DNA of 64,000 bases from Eledone cirrhosa (Eukaryota): assembly GCA_964016885.1 (NCBI GenBank), contig OZ024742.1, positions 146,320,001 through 146,384,000 on the forward strand, given 5' to 3'. The notes under the pieces were generated by a model that was not told where the DNA came from, ran no database searches, and saw nothing but the letters and a program-made list of their open reading frames with translations. The first letter of the stretch is position 1; every line of letters starts with the position of its first letter. The translations under genes were made by a program, and so were the position numbers. Of this stretch, positions 25,555-39,149 are shown piece after piece.

Positions 25555-25620
25555 TATTTTATCCGATGAGGACGTACTGAAAAAACAGCGCAGTACCTTC
25601 AAAATATATATAATAAAACA
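25555..25620 (+). ncRNA. Inactivated hammerhead in the inverted pseudo-LTR
   Basis: Same fold as 21776-21840 but with CCGATGA and AAAA in the core. Confidence 0.75.
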
Positions 25621-25691
25621 TATATTTTGATTATGTGAATGTCTTCATTTATTATTATTCTGAATAATATATATATGTATATATATAAATA

Positions 25692-26128
<437 letters not shown>

Positions 26129-26556
26129 ATACTTGGGGAGGGTCATATTTTTGTAATAATATTGCCAGAAATAATAAAATAATAACAGAACACACTCACT
26201 GTTTGGTTGGTTTTCGCTTCTGTATCATTTATATCTCCACAGTTAATTCATTCGCTCGTCAATGTATACCATTGACTGAGCAACGGACAATATATATATA
26301 TATTATATATATATATATGAAATATGAAAAACGTAAAATAAGAAAATTATAGTAAGTAGCTAACTTACTTAAATTTCACTCCAACTAATTAGTTTCTGAA
26401 AGGGAATATACATAGTCTCCAAATGGAGATTATGCAGCCACCATATATATGTATGTATATATATATATGTATGTATATATATAGAGAGAGAAAGAGAGCG
26501 TGAAACTAATAAACCTTTGTTTGTACTGCTCTCTGTCTTCGTTCCTGTTCCAATTT

Positions 26557-26649
<93 letters not shown>

Positions 26650-26651
<2 letters not shown>

Positions 26652-27442
26652 GTAGAACACTGGAAGCTAATATCTGTAGTGGTAGAACACTCAGTCCATG
26701 GGACTAGTTAGGTAGAAGTGGTTACACAACAGTTAATTCACCATACCGAGGACAATTGTTTCACCTTAGCGGATCCTCAGCTCGTAATGGACATGCTTAT
26801 ATGGAAGAGGAAGGACAACCATATCAACGCGTATGTGCAGAAACGGTCACTTCACACAGGCAATACTAGATTGCGTGCGAGAGGTGTAACGGAGATAACT
26901 GCGAAAGTCCGAAAGTTTCTAGTTGATAAGAAGATGAGGATGTTGTAATTCAATCCGGAGCTTTGTAGTTATGTAAGAGGTATTTGCAGGCGTATGGACA
27001 ACGTGTGAAGAATTCATTTCTTGAGTTTAGGCAATCGCTATTGCGTAACCTCTTTAGAATATTTATTGGTTCATCAATACATAGTCCACACGACGGATTG
27101 CACCTTGCGTATTGCTTGGATTTAGTGATAGCTCTCCATTGAATGGAGTAGTCTATACTTGAGTCCTTGCAGAACCATACGTGGCTCGCGAGTTTCATGG
27201 ATGAACGTTTGTACGAGTACCTAAAGGTCGACTGGTGGTTCAGGAAACGTTCCTTAAATCGGCCCTCCGCCATACCCACATAGGATTTGACCTCCTGTGG
27301 TTGATTTGGTCGGTTGGAAGTGACCACAGCTTCATAAACTACAGCGGGAGTGCTGCATTGCTGTTGAATGGCACAAGATTCGGGCTTTCGGCAAGAGCAC
27401 CCTGGTGGGGTCTTGCTCTTAGCGCTGTTGGTGATGTGGGCC

Positions 27443-27450
<8 letters not shown>
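26650..27450 (-). mobile_element. PLE 3' fragment: open GIY-YIG domain (26950-27450), UTR, hammerhead and tail
   Basis: CSCRKPESC...AVVYEAVV...SYVGMAEGRFKERFLNHQSTF...CGLC...LNSRNEF. Bounded by (TA)n and (GA)n. Confidence 0.9.
26741..26790 (-). ncRNA. Minimal type-I hammerhead
   Basis: ccattacgag-CTGAGGA-tccgctaaggt-GAAA-caattg-TC-ctcggtatgg. GUC site, 160 nt after the GIY-YIG stop codon. Confidence 0.88.
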
Positions 27451-27505
<55 letters not shown>

Positions 27506-27510
<5 letters not shown>

Positions 27511-28400
27511 TAAGGTAATGAATTCTTTTACAATGGAATCAGCTCGAAGGAGGAAAAATACCCCCTGAGCAGTGTATAAATTAATATGTATGTGATGAAA
27601 CACAGATACCAACACATCTGTATATATATTGCAAAAGAAAAATTTAGCCAGATTGATTTTAAAATTTAAATTTAGCCAGGTTTGATTTTGAAATTTAAAT
27701 GTGTCTAAACATCACGGCCTCTTGGCAATACAGTTCGTCTTCGTTGATTTATTATTTTAAATCGATTTGGACAAACTGTAGTATAATAATTAGGTATACT
27801 TCAATCTGGCTAAATTTTTCTTTTGCAATATATATACAGATGTGTTGGTATCTGTGTTTCATCACATACATATTAATTTATACACTGCTCAGGGGGGTAT
27901 TTTTCCTCCTTCGAGCTGATTCCATTGTAAAAGAATTCATTACCTTATTAATTTTAACTGCTCCTAGTTTGAGCTGCAAGCCGCCTCATATATACGACTG
28001 TTATTTCTAGCAGTACGGTTATGAGACTAGTTAGATACTGTAAAGCCATGTGCGTCACGCAGTCTTTTAAATTATTTAGAAGTGAAGCATATCAATTTGT
28101 CTCTGGATGTTTACTGAGGAGAGCAGGACATGATATTCCTACACTTATTTAACTCGAAACATATTTGGATCTTAAAGTCTAAACTTATCTACGGAACAGG
28201 TTTGATTTTGAAATTTAAATGTGTCTAAACATCACGGCCTCTTGGCAATACAGTTCGTCTTCGTTGATTTATTATTTTAAATCGATTTGGACAAACTGTA
28301 GTATAATAATTAGTATACTTCAATCTGGCTAAATTTTTCTTTTGCAATATATATACAGATGTGTTGGTATCTGTGTTTCATCACATACATATTAATTTAT
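27506..28400 (+). mobile_element. Probable PLE pseudo-LTR remnant with inverted (27506-27656 / 27801-27952) and direct (27677-27882 / 28197-28400) repeats
   Basis: Near-identical repeats are visible. The tail opens with gctcctagtttgagc. A weak CTGAGGA-gag...ctc-GAAA motif sits at ~28113-28160. Confidence 0.7.
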
Positions 28401-28436
28401 ATATATATATATATATTTATTAAAATAACAGATTAA

Positions 28437-28487
28437 AGTTTAAGCAAAGAATCGCTGCTTTCACCCTTAACGGGATCTTCTGAAACT
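28437..28487 (-). ncRNA. Hammerhead with U4A substitution
   Basis: agttt-CAGAAGA-tcccgttaagggt-GAAA-gca gcgattctt tgc-TT-aaact. Confidence 0.65.
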
Positions 28488-28550
28488 AACAAAGTCAATC
28501 TGTAAACGCAGAACTGGATATTTCAAAAACGTTGCAACCGGCGCAAGACA

Positions 28551-29546
<996 letters not shown>

Positions 29547-29588
29547 ATGATATTAAATAAATGGAAACTATATTTATAAAACCATATT

Positions 29589-29649
29589 TATTCTATTATA
29601 TATATTTCAAGGGTACCAACATTTTGGTACGCTATCATCAGATAAAATA
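29589..29649 (-). ncRNA. Type-I minimal hammerhead
   Basis: tattttat-CTGATGA-tagcgtaccaa aatg ttggtaccctt-GAAA-tatata-TA-atagaata. Confidence 0.85.
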
Positions 29650-31805
29650 CGAAGTGTGTTTTATAAATTTTGACATAACCAAGGAGAATATACCTTAACG
29701 GTTCAAGTTATCCTTGGATAGTGAAGGGATAAGAGAAGAAAAGTAAGATATTTCAAATTATTAATATGAGTATGCAAATGAGGTTTAGGTAAAAGGGTTG
29801 AAAAAAGCGTTATTGTAGATGCTATGAAAAATTTAAATAATTATAAGTTATTGTATGTGTAGGAAAAAAGAGAAAGGAAGAAGATTTACATTAATTTGTG
29901 GGAAACAATTTATTTACCTATATTATGTGTTATAATATTATATATATAATCAATTAGATTATATGAAGAATTATGGTTGTAAGTATTTTTATCCTATTAC
30001 ATTACGATAGGTTATATGTATATAAATATCTATATATATATTAATAATTGCGTATGTATTAGTATTATAGAGATAGAGATAATTTATAATTATTAGTTGT
30101 TTATATATCAAATATGAGTTACGAAGGAAGTTGATTGTATTTTACTTAAAAGTAAGTGGTTCAAGTTGTGAGAGTAGAACAATTTGTGGATTCAAAAATT
30201 TTGTTTAACATTGAAAATGTACCGTTCTGAACAACAATAACTCCAGTAAATGTAACTGTAGAATAAAATCAAACTGCCCTTTACAAAATAATTGTTTAGA
30301 CAAAAACATAGTTTATAAATGCACAGTTTAAACTAGAGACAAAATGTTTAACTATGTTGGTGCCACTTCAACAAAATTTAAACAACGCTGGAATAACCAT
30401 AATCATACATTTAGGAGATCTGATAAAAAATCTTCTACACTTTCACATCTAATTTGGTATTTAAAAGACAACAATATAGACTATTCAATATCTTGGAGAA
30501 TGATTTTAAAGCACCTGCATACTGAAATATGGCTTTATCAAGATTCTGTAAATTGTGTATCGAAGAAATTTTTTATATAATTAACTGTCAAAACTCTATT
30601 AATCTCAGAACAGAATTATTTTCTTCCTGCAAACATCGCCAAAATTCCACGTTCAGAAGTATTTTTAATTTATAATATTTCTATACACCTTCAAAATGAT
30701 CCTACCTTTTTAAAAATTTAAATGTAATTTTTAATATTTTTAATATTTTTAATATTTTTTTAATATTTGTAAACAATTTTAATATCTCTAATATTTATAA
30801 TATTTTTAATATATATATTTTCCGACATTATTTTAATTCTGACATTATTTTTAATTCTGACATTATTTTTCTAAGGACACCCCTCTAAATATATTTTTAG
30901 ACGTAGATTGATAATCTTTAAAGGACATTCTGAAAATGTATCCTCTTTACGATAGATCTTCGAAAAACACATTACATTTTTCCTCTCTCTTTTTGTTATT
31001 CAAACATTGACACATCTTTCGACTAAAATAATGGATCCCACACAAAATAATATATAATTTTCTCTATATATTCTGGAGTAAATCATTCATCTAATTTAAT
31101 GGTTAACAAACAAAATTGGAGTCATCTTTTTTTTTCTCAATCGTGCAAACATAAACATATTATGTTTGATAATCTGTATAGCTTCGCTAAATTAACAATA
31201 TTCTGAAAACATTTCAATGTTGAACATTTCAATGTTGAACAAAATTGTTGAATCCACAAATTGTTCTATTCTCACAACTTGAACCACCTATTTTTAAGTA
31301 AAATACTAAATCAACTCCTTCGTAACTCATATTTGATATATAAACAACTAATAATTATAAATTATCTCTATCTCTATAATACTAATACATACGCAATTAT
31401 TAATATATATATAGATATTTATATACATATAACCTATCGTAATGTAATAAGATAAAAATACTTACAACCATAATTCTTCATATAATCTAATTGATTATAT
31501 ATACAATATTATAACTCATAATATAGGTAAATAAATCTTTTCCCTCAAATTAACGTAAATGCTAGCTCTTCCTCATTTCTCTTCTTTCCTATGCATACAA
31601 TAACTTATCATAATTATTTAAATTTTCCATAGCGTCTAAAATAACGTTTTTTTTCAGCCCTTTTACCTAAACCTCATTTGCATACTCATCTTAATAATTT
31701 GAAATATCTTACTTTTCTTCTCTTATCCCTTCACTATCCAAGGATAACTTGAACCGTTAAGGTATATTCTCCTTGGTTATGTCAAACTTTATAAAACACA
31801 CTTCG

Positions 31806-31867
31806 TATTTTACCTGATGATAGCGTACCAAAATTTTGGTACCCTTGAAATATATATAATAGATAAA
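31806..31867 (+). ncRNA. Type-I minimal hammerhead (partner of 29589-29649)
   Basis: tattttac-CTGATGA-tagcgtaccaaaattttggtaccctt-GAAA-tatata-TA-atagata. The first stem I pair is mismatched. Confidence 0.75.
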
Positions 31868-32024
31868 TATGGTTTTATAAATATAGTTTCCATTTATTTA
31901 ATATCATTGTATATTATACTCCAGAAAACATGTAGAGTGCTCTGAATCAGTTATAAACATTTATATTTATTGAATTACCAACAAATTAAATATCCCTTCT
32001 GCTTATATATATATATATATATAA

Positions 32025-32521
32025 TGAAAGAATGAAGAGTAACATGGATGGCTGTACAATAAGGGGCTTTATTTCAAGAACTGACAATTGTTTCGTTGAT
32101 CAGGTGAGTCTAGAGGTCGCTAACCGCTTGAGGTTGCGTCACTCGATCTCCAATACATTATTTACCTCTGGTAAACACATCAGAGTACGTAGATATCAAC
32201 GTTGTCTGATGTGTTGACGAGAGGTAAATAATGTATTGGAGATCGAGTGACGCAACTTCAAGCGATTAGCGACCTCTAGACTCACCTGATCAACGAAACA
32301 ATTGTCAGTTCTTGAAATAAAGCCCCTTATTGTACAGCCATCCATGTTACTCTTCATTCTTTCACTATTATTACTCCAAGTATAACCTGCATAAGAATTA
32401 CCGCGAACTTACTGCATAACCATGGAAGCATCTTGTTGAGTCAAACAAAGCCGTACGTTAAAACTATCCACGACGCAGAGTACTCACAAGCTCTAACTGG
32501 ATTACCTATAACGATAACTTG
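32025..32521 (+). mobile_element. PLE-end foldback: 340 bp hairpin (32025-32364) plus tail
   Basis: ~160 bp arms containing cgaaa-caattg-tc. The tail starts ttactccaag. Lies in (TA)n. Confidence 0.82.
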
Positions 32522-32607
32522 TATATATACATACACCTATATATATATGTAAATATTTATATATATACACATATATATACATATATACATATACATATAT
32601 ATATAAA

Positions 32608-32653
<46 letters not shown>

Positions 32654-32959
32654 TAGTTATTTATATACATACACATATATATGTAAATATTTATATATAT
32701 ACATATATATAAATACATATATATATGTAAATATTTATATATACATATATAAATATTTATATATACATATATAAATATTTACATATATATATATAATTAT
32801 ATACTTACACATATATATATAAATATATATATACATATACATACATTTATATATAAATATTTATATATATACATACATATATATACATATATATATATAC
32901 ATTCATATATATATATACATTCATATATATATATAAATATTTATATATATAATACATAT

Positions 32960-33293
32960 CATCATCATCATCGTCACCGTTTTACGCCCGTTCTTCGGCG
33001 CTAGCATAGGTTAGATGGGTTGTCCTGTTGTGGGCAGTGTCCGGTCGCCTGACCTTGTCGTGCTCATACAGCAACTGATTATGGCCTGATTTCTACAGCT
33101 GGATACCCTTCCTAACACTAACCTCATTTACAGTGTGGCTGGGTGCTTTTTTGCCATGGCACCTCCACGACCACTTTGCAGTGAATAAACTGGAGCAATG
33201 TGAAATAAAGTGCCTTACTCACCCGGTCCGAGAATTGAACTCACAACCTTTCGATTGCAAGCCCAATGCTCTAACCACTAAGCCATGCACCCT
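32960..33293 (-). mobile_element. SINE family 2 variant (internal deletions, alternative 3' tail)
   Basis: tRNA head as at 7709; tail like 12360-12476. Confidence 0.85.
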
Positions 33294-33566
33294 CATAGAT
33301 AAGTTATATATATATAAATATATATATATATAAATATTTATATATATACATACATATATATAAATATATATATATATATATGAATATTTATATATATACA
33401 TACATATATATATATAAATATTTATATATATACATACATATATATATACATACACATATATATACATGTATATACATATATATACATATATATGTACATA
33501 TATATACACATATATATATATATATACATATATATGTCTGATATATATATATATACACCCCCCCAC

Positions 33567-33599
<33 letters not shown>

Positions 33600-34669
33600 T
33601 ATATAGAGAGAGAGAGGAGGGAGGGAGAGAGAGAAATTAAGAGAGAAAGATATGTAAATTATAGTAGACACATTTAAAAAAGAAGTGTAGTTTATGCTTA
33701 TAGAAGTCTATAGTAAATGTTCATTCATGAAAGGTTATAGAATATGTCTGGAGAAGGCCATTGTACACATATTCTGAAGAAGTCTATAGCATATGTGTAT
33801 GAAAGAAGTCTCTTGTTGCTATCTATTGAGGTACTCTATAGCAGTGGTGCACAATACAAAATAGTAGATGTATATAGAAGTCTTTGATGCTTGGGAAAAT
33901 TTCACAACAATCAGGGTGGTCACTTTTTTTGAAAAAGGACATATTTCAGGAAGTTTTTTTATAAGCTCTATTTTGTAAATCTGGACATGAACCATTGAAA
34001 AGTAGGGGCAAAGAATGGGGTAGTGCCATCCTGTGCCCCCTTTTTTAGTATGGGCCTGATATAGTAGGATACAGATAAAATAACGCAATAGTGGATATCT
34101 ATAAACATTGAACTACTAGATTCAGGAAGCTGTTAAGTTTGGGCCACCTGCTGATGAAATACAATTGCCCAGATTGCCTAATATCTGCTGATATTATGCA
34201 ATTCTCTGCATATACTTATGATAACACTTATAATAATTTATAATAACACTTATAATAATTGTTATAGACAGAATATTGCATAGAAATTGAATCCATCCAG
34301 AAGATAGATATGGAGGTATCTTTACCAAAACACTGCCATCATACTCACTAACTATAATGTGTGCTCTCTGTATTTTAAGATGCAGTTTCACAACTGCAAG
34401 CTTATTATTTCATTGGGTGAGTGGGTCATGGCTGGAAATTGCTGAAATAAATTTGGTGACTTTCATACACTATATATATATAAACTGCTATTAACACAAT
34501 AAAATGTACCCAGCACAATTATCAAAGTGGTTGGCATCAGGAAGGGCATTCAGCTGGAGATACCATGACAAAATATGAAACATTTGACAAAGACATGATT
34601 TCTCCAACCTGTCTAGAATGTAATGACTTGTCCAACCATGCCAGCATGGAAACAGACATGGGATGATGA

Positions 34670-35020
34670 TAATAGACTATATTAGAAGAGTAAAGTAGAT
34701 GTATATAAAAGATTGTAGTAATTATGTATGGAACTATAGTTATGTCGATATAGAAGTCTTTTGTATATGTATACAGAAGAAGATTATATTAGAAGTGTAG
34801 ACAAAGTCTATAGCAGATTTTTATAGGTGTTTTGTAATAGATGTGTATAGATAAATATAGTAGATATGTCTAGCATTTTTCAGTGTAAAGATGTGTATTG
34901 AAAACTATAGTAGATGCATATAGATAAAAACTATTGTAGTTGTTTATAGAACTCTATAGTAGCTGTGTACAGAATGTCTATAAAAGCATTCTATAGTAGA
35001 TGGATATAGAAGACTGGTAG
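34670..35020. repeat. Degenerate ~22-24 bp tandem repeat (actatagtagatgtgtatagaa-like)
   Basis: The motif also recurs at ~19670-19760, 20690-20730 and 33655-33880. Confidence 0.7.
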
Positions 35021-35071
35021 AAGCAGAATAAGAGTGCTGAGAGTAATAATATTAATAACAACAACAACAAC

Positions 35072-35502
35072 AATTGTCTATACTTTAGGCATAAGGCCAG
35101 CAATTTGAAGGGGGTTCAATTAAATTGACCACTGTACGTTACTGGTACTTTATTTTATCGACCCCGTAAGGATGAAAGGCAAACTTAACCTCGGCGGTAT
35201 TTGAACTCATAACGTAAAGGGCCATAACTAATAATAATAATTGTTTCTATTTTAGGCACAAGGCCAGCAATTACCCAGTGCATTACTGAATAATAATGGT
35301 TCTTATATAGGCACAAGGCCAGCAATTTTGGGGGAGGGGAAGTCGATTAAATAGACCCCAGTGTATGACTGGTACTTTATTTTATCGACCTCGTAAGGAT
35401 GAAAGGCAAAGTTAACCTCAGCGGGATTTGAACTCGGAACGTAAAGGGCCATAACTCTATGCTTGCAAAGCATGGCGTCCGACACTCCACCGATACTGCC
35501 AT
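35072..35502 (-). mobile_element. Cluster of SINE family 1 copies
   Basis: Two cores (ggtactttattttatcgacc...ggatgaaaggc) and one 3' fragment. Confidence 0.88.
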
Positions 35503-35529
35503 ATAATAATAGTAATAAATAATATTTTA

Positions 35530-37348
35530 TAGATTGTGAAAATATTTAGTGATGACATCAGGACGGAGTTTCGACTTTATAAGTGTGCCAGGGCCAATTT
35601 CAAGAAAGGGAAGTTTATCAACTCAAACTCAGTTGAACTAGATGTTGAAACAGTCATAAACAAACTTGAGCAGGAACAAACCTATAAATACTTAGGGATT
35701 AATGAAGGCTCTGACATTCAGCAAGTAAGTATGAAAGAGGGGATAAGGAAGGAATGTTACAGGAGAGTACGCACAGTTCTGAGATCGGAATTAAATGCCC
35801 ATAAATTCCTTGGCAGTTCCAGTTGTCTCATTGTATGGAACTGGAATATAAGTGAAAAAAAAAAAAATCATCTCACAAATTCCTAAGTTACTAACTTGAA
35901 ATAAGATGCATCACCCAAAGGCAGATGTAGATTGTCTTTACTTTCCCAGAACTCAAGGAGGCTGTAACCTGATCTAATTTGTACCTACAAGACCACCATA
36001 ATTTGACTGGCCAAATACCTTGAAACATCAAACAACTGGATTCTGAGACTCTTTGTAAAAGATGAGAGGATTAAGAAGCTTCATTTTATTTTGAAGGAGA
36101 GCAAAAAAATGTTACCGATCTTATTATGATATCCAGGTTGGACAGACTAAAGGAACTGTTGTGACTGTTGCTTTAAAGACTATAAAATAAATGGCAAAAG
36201 CAAAAGGGCAAGAACAATTAGCATGAAAGTTGGAGCAGAAACCTCTGTATGGCAAATATGTGGCCTGTAACAAACAAGCTGATTTTAACCAGAAGGACAC
36301 CCATCAGTGGCTATGTAACTCAGGGCTAAAAGCAGAGAGTGAAGACTTCATCTTAGCTGTCCAAGATCAAAGCTTATTGATACAGAACTACCCAGACAAT
36401 GTGATGAGAAATGGCATAAACCCAAAGTGCCAATTCTGTAATGATGATTTTGAAACAGTGGACCACTTAATCTGAGGATGTAAAGTTTTAGCACCAGCAG
36501 AGTACAAATCTAGACACGAAAAGGTTGGCCAATATCTACACTGGTTAATATATTAGCATTTCAAATCCCACCGAGGTTGACTTTGCCTTTCATCCTTACG
36601 GGGTCGATAAAATAAAGTACCAGTAATGCACTGGGTAATTGTCGGCCTTGTGCCTAAAGTAGAAACAGTTAATATATTAGCATATCAAATCCCACCGAGG
36701 TTGACTTTGCCTTTCATCCTTACAGGGTCGATAAAATAAAGTACCAGTAATGCACTGGGTAATTGTCGGCCTTGTGCCTAAAGTAGAAACAGTTAATATA
36801 TTAGCATATCAAATCCCACCGAGGTTGACTTTGCCTTTCATCCTTACAGGGTCGATAAAATAAAGTACCAGTAATGCACTGGGTAATTGCTGGCCTTGTG
36901 CCTAAAGTAGAAACAATTATAAAACCAAAGCTGCTGACAAGTGGTACAATCATCACCCCGAGGTTGTAACTGAAGGAGAAAAACTAACGATTATTTGGGA
37001 CTTTCCTGTACATACTAACAGAACCATCAAAGCTAATAGAATGGATATTATTGAAAAAGACAAACATAACAAAGTCTGTTTATTGATTAATATGAGCGTC
37101 CCATGTGATCACAATATTGTGGCAAAAGAATTTGACAAGTTCAGAAAATATAAAGATTTGCTTTTTGAAATTAAAAGAATGTGACACCTCAAGGTCGTTA
37201 CAATACCAGTGATTGTGGGAGCACTGGAATGATAAAAAAAGGAACAGAACAGTATTTGAAAATTATCCCTGGTTTATCCTTGCAAGAGGGGCAAAAAATT
37301 GTTTTAACTGGTACTGCCCACATATTGAGAAGAGCACTATCGCTGTGA
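35530..37348 (+). mobile_element. Decayed R4/Dong-like non-LTR retrotransposon (RT end, CCHC knuckle, restriction-like endonuclease)
   Basis: FSDDIRTEF...YKYLGINE, HHPKADVDCLY, FILAVQDQSL, CQFC...ETVDHLI-GC, WDFPVHTNRTIKANRMDII and LTGTAHILRR, with many stops and frameshifts. Confidence 0.88.
36544..36916 (+). mobile_element. Three tandem 124-bp units of truncated SINE1 plus LINE flank
   Basis: The unit gttaatatattagcat-tcaaatcccaccgagg...aagtagaaaca occurs three times. Confidence 0.9.
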
Positions 37349-37522
37349 GAATGATATTCCTCCATGTGTGCTTGTGTGTACATGTGGATGAGTGTTTGTG
37401 TGACGCATAGATATATATATGTGTGTGTATGTATATATATGTATGTGTATGTGTGTGTATATATGTGTATATATGTGTGGATGTGTATATATCTGTATGT
37501 GTATATGTATGTGTGTATATAT

Positions 37523-37872
37523 ATCATCATTTTCATTTCATTTCATTTCATTTTATGTCCACTTTTCCCTGTTTGCAAGGGTGGGACGGGAACTGATTCT
37601 GGCTTGATTTCTACAGCTGGATGCCCTTCCTAACACCAACCTCATTTACAGTGAGTGCTGGGTGCTTTTTTGCCGTGGCACCTCCACGACCACTTTGCAG
37701 TGGAATGATATGGACCCCAGTCCCTATCATCTCATTTCTACAGCTGAGTAAACTGGAGCAATGTGAAATAAAGTGTCTTGCTCAAGGAAACAACACATCA
37801 CCCGGTCTGAGAATTGAACTCACAACCTTTCGATTGCAAGGCCAATGCTCTAACCACTAAGCCATGTGCCTC
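37523..37872 (-). mobile_element. Full-length SINE family 2
   Basis: Near-identical reverse complement of 7709-8050, with B box gagttcaattc. Confidence 0.92.
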
Positions 37873-37888
37873 AATCATATATATATAT

Positions 37889-38190
37889 ATCACCTTGATC
37901 ACCTTGATCGACCAGTCTGTTGGGCGTACATTCGGTGCCGCTGATCACAGCACGCCGTCCATTCCTCTCTGGATCGTGCTTTCCTCATCCATGTAGTCCC
38001 AATCGTATTCCTAAAATCGTAACTCCACCCTCGTGGAGGCCTTCCGAGTGGTCGTTTCCGCTCGCACGGGTACCACTCGGCAACTGTGCAGGTCCACCGA
38101 TTATCGGTGAACTGGGCGATGTGTCCAGCCCATCTGAACTTGCTGCACATATATTCCGTGATGACGTCCCTCACACTGGACTTCTGTTAC
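37889..38190 (-). mobile_element. RTE family C 3' fragment
   Basis: SKFRWAGHIAQFTDNRWT...WYP...RPLGRPPRGW followed by a (ggtgatcaa) tail. Confidence 0.88.
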
Positions 38191-38334
38191 ACATATATAT
38201 ATATATATATGAGTTACACATATATATATATATATAAGTGTAACTCATTCGGTATGCAAATGAGACTACTCAGCTGATGTGTACTTAAGAAAATACTATA
38301 TATTTTCAACCATTCAACAGACTGGCAGAGGTAT

Positions 38335-38377
38335 ACAGTCCTGATGAAGGGTAATGACCCAGAAACATGTTGATTGT
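38335..38377 (+). ncRNA. Minimal type-I hammerhead
   Basis: acagtc-CTGATGA-a gggt aatg accc a-GAAA-catg-TT-gattgt. Confidence 0.8.
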
Positions 38378-38485
38378 TCCTCAAAGCCAGTGTTGAACAA
38401 ACAGGTGATGATCGGTCACTGGCACAACACAGCTCCAAACCGGGCTGTTTATTTACAAACAAATCGAACATTATTATTAATTTTC

Positions 38486-38905
38486 CAAGGTTGACTTTGC
38501 CTTTCATCCTTACAGGGTCGATAAAATAAAGTACCAGTAATGAACTGGGTAATTGCTGGCCTTGTGCCTAAAGTAGAAACAATTATTAATTTTCGATATA
38601 ACCCATATGTACATATGTATATGTATATATGTGTGTAAATATTATATAAATATAATCAGTATGGTATGTTAACACATACATTAAAAAGAGTACTGTAAAT
38701 ACATTAGATGTATATACTATTGTAATATGTAATACTATGTAATACTATTACACACATTACATAGAAGACTATCAATAACATTTTACGGTCTGAATTCAAA
38801 TCCTGTCGAGGTTAACTTTGTCTTTCATCCTTATGGGGTCGATAAAATAAAGTACCAGTAATGCACTGGGGTAATTGAAGGCCTTGTGCCAAAAGTAGAA
38901 AGAAT
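38486..38905 (+). mobile_element. Two truncated SINE1 copies (38486-38581, 38785-38905)
   Basis: SINE1 core in both. The first is flanked by the duplication attattaattttc. Confidence 0.88.
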
Positions 38906-39034
38906 TATTACACACACGCACGTACACACACACACGCACACTCACTCACACACACATTTCATGGAGAACAGTCAATATATTATAACACTTTTCTACACAC
39001 ACACATATTACATACAGTACAGTCAATATAACAC

Positions 39035-39069
<35 letters not shown>

Positions 39070-39149
39070 CTATTGCTACTACTACTACTACACACATTGC
39101 ATAGAGTTCAGTGAATATATTAGATAAAACACTATACACACATATGTAT

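Larger units (their letters stand above)
21660..25668 (-). mobile_element. Penelope-like retroelement, 5'-truncated, with ~590 bp inverted pseudo-LTRs (21728-22317 / 25083-25668)
   Basis: RT and GIY-YIG remnants lie between inverted arms, each carrying a hammerhead. Tail at 21660-21727; microsatellite flanks. Confidence 0.92.
29545..32004 (+). mobile_element. Penelope-like element 3' fragment with ~670 bp inverted pseudo-LTRs (29545-30220 / ~31225-31910)
   Basis: GIY-YIG remnant at 30250-30660 (CNCRIKSNCPLQNNCLDKNIVYKC, NYVGATSTKFKQRWNNH). Hammerheads in both arms; tail 31911-32004 has actcc...gagtgct. Confidence 0.9.

Noticed and set aside
34194-34445. Possible host exon on the minus strand after tttatttcag
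   Set aside because: Weak polypyrimidine tract and no recognisable protein similarity; needs RNA-seq.
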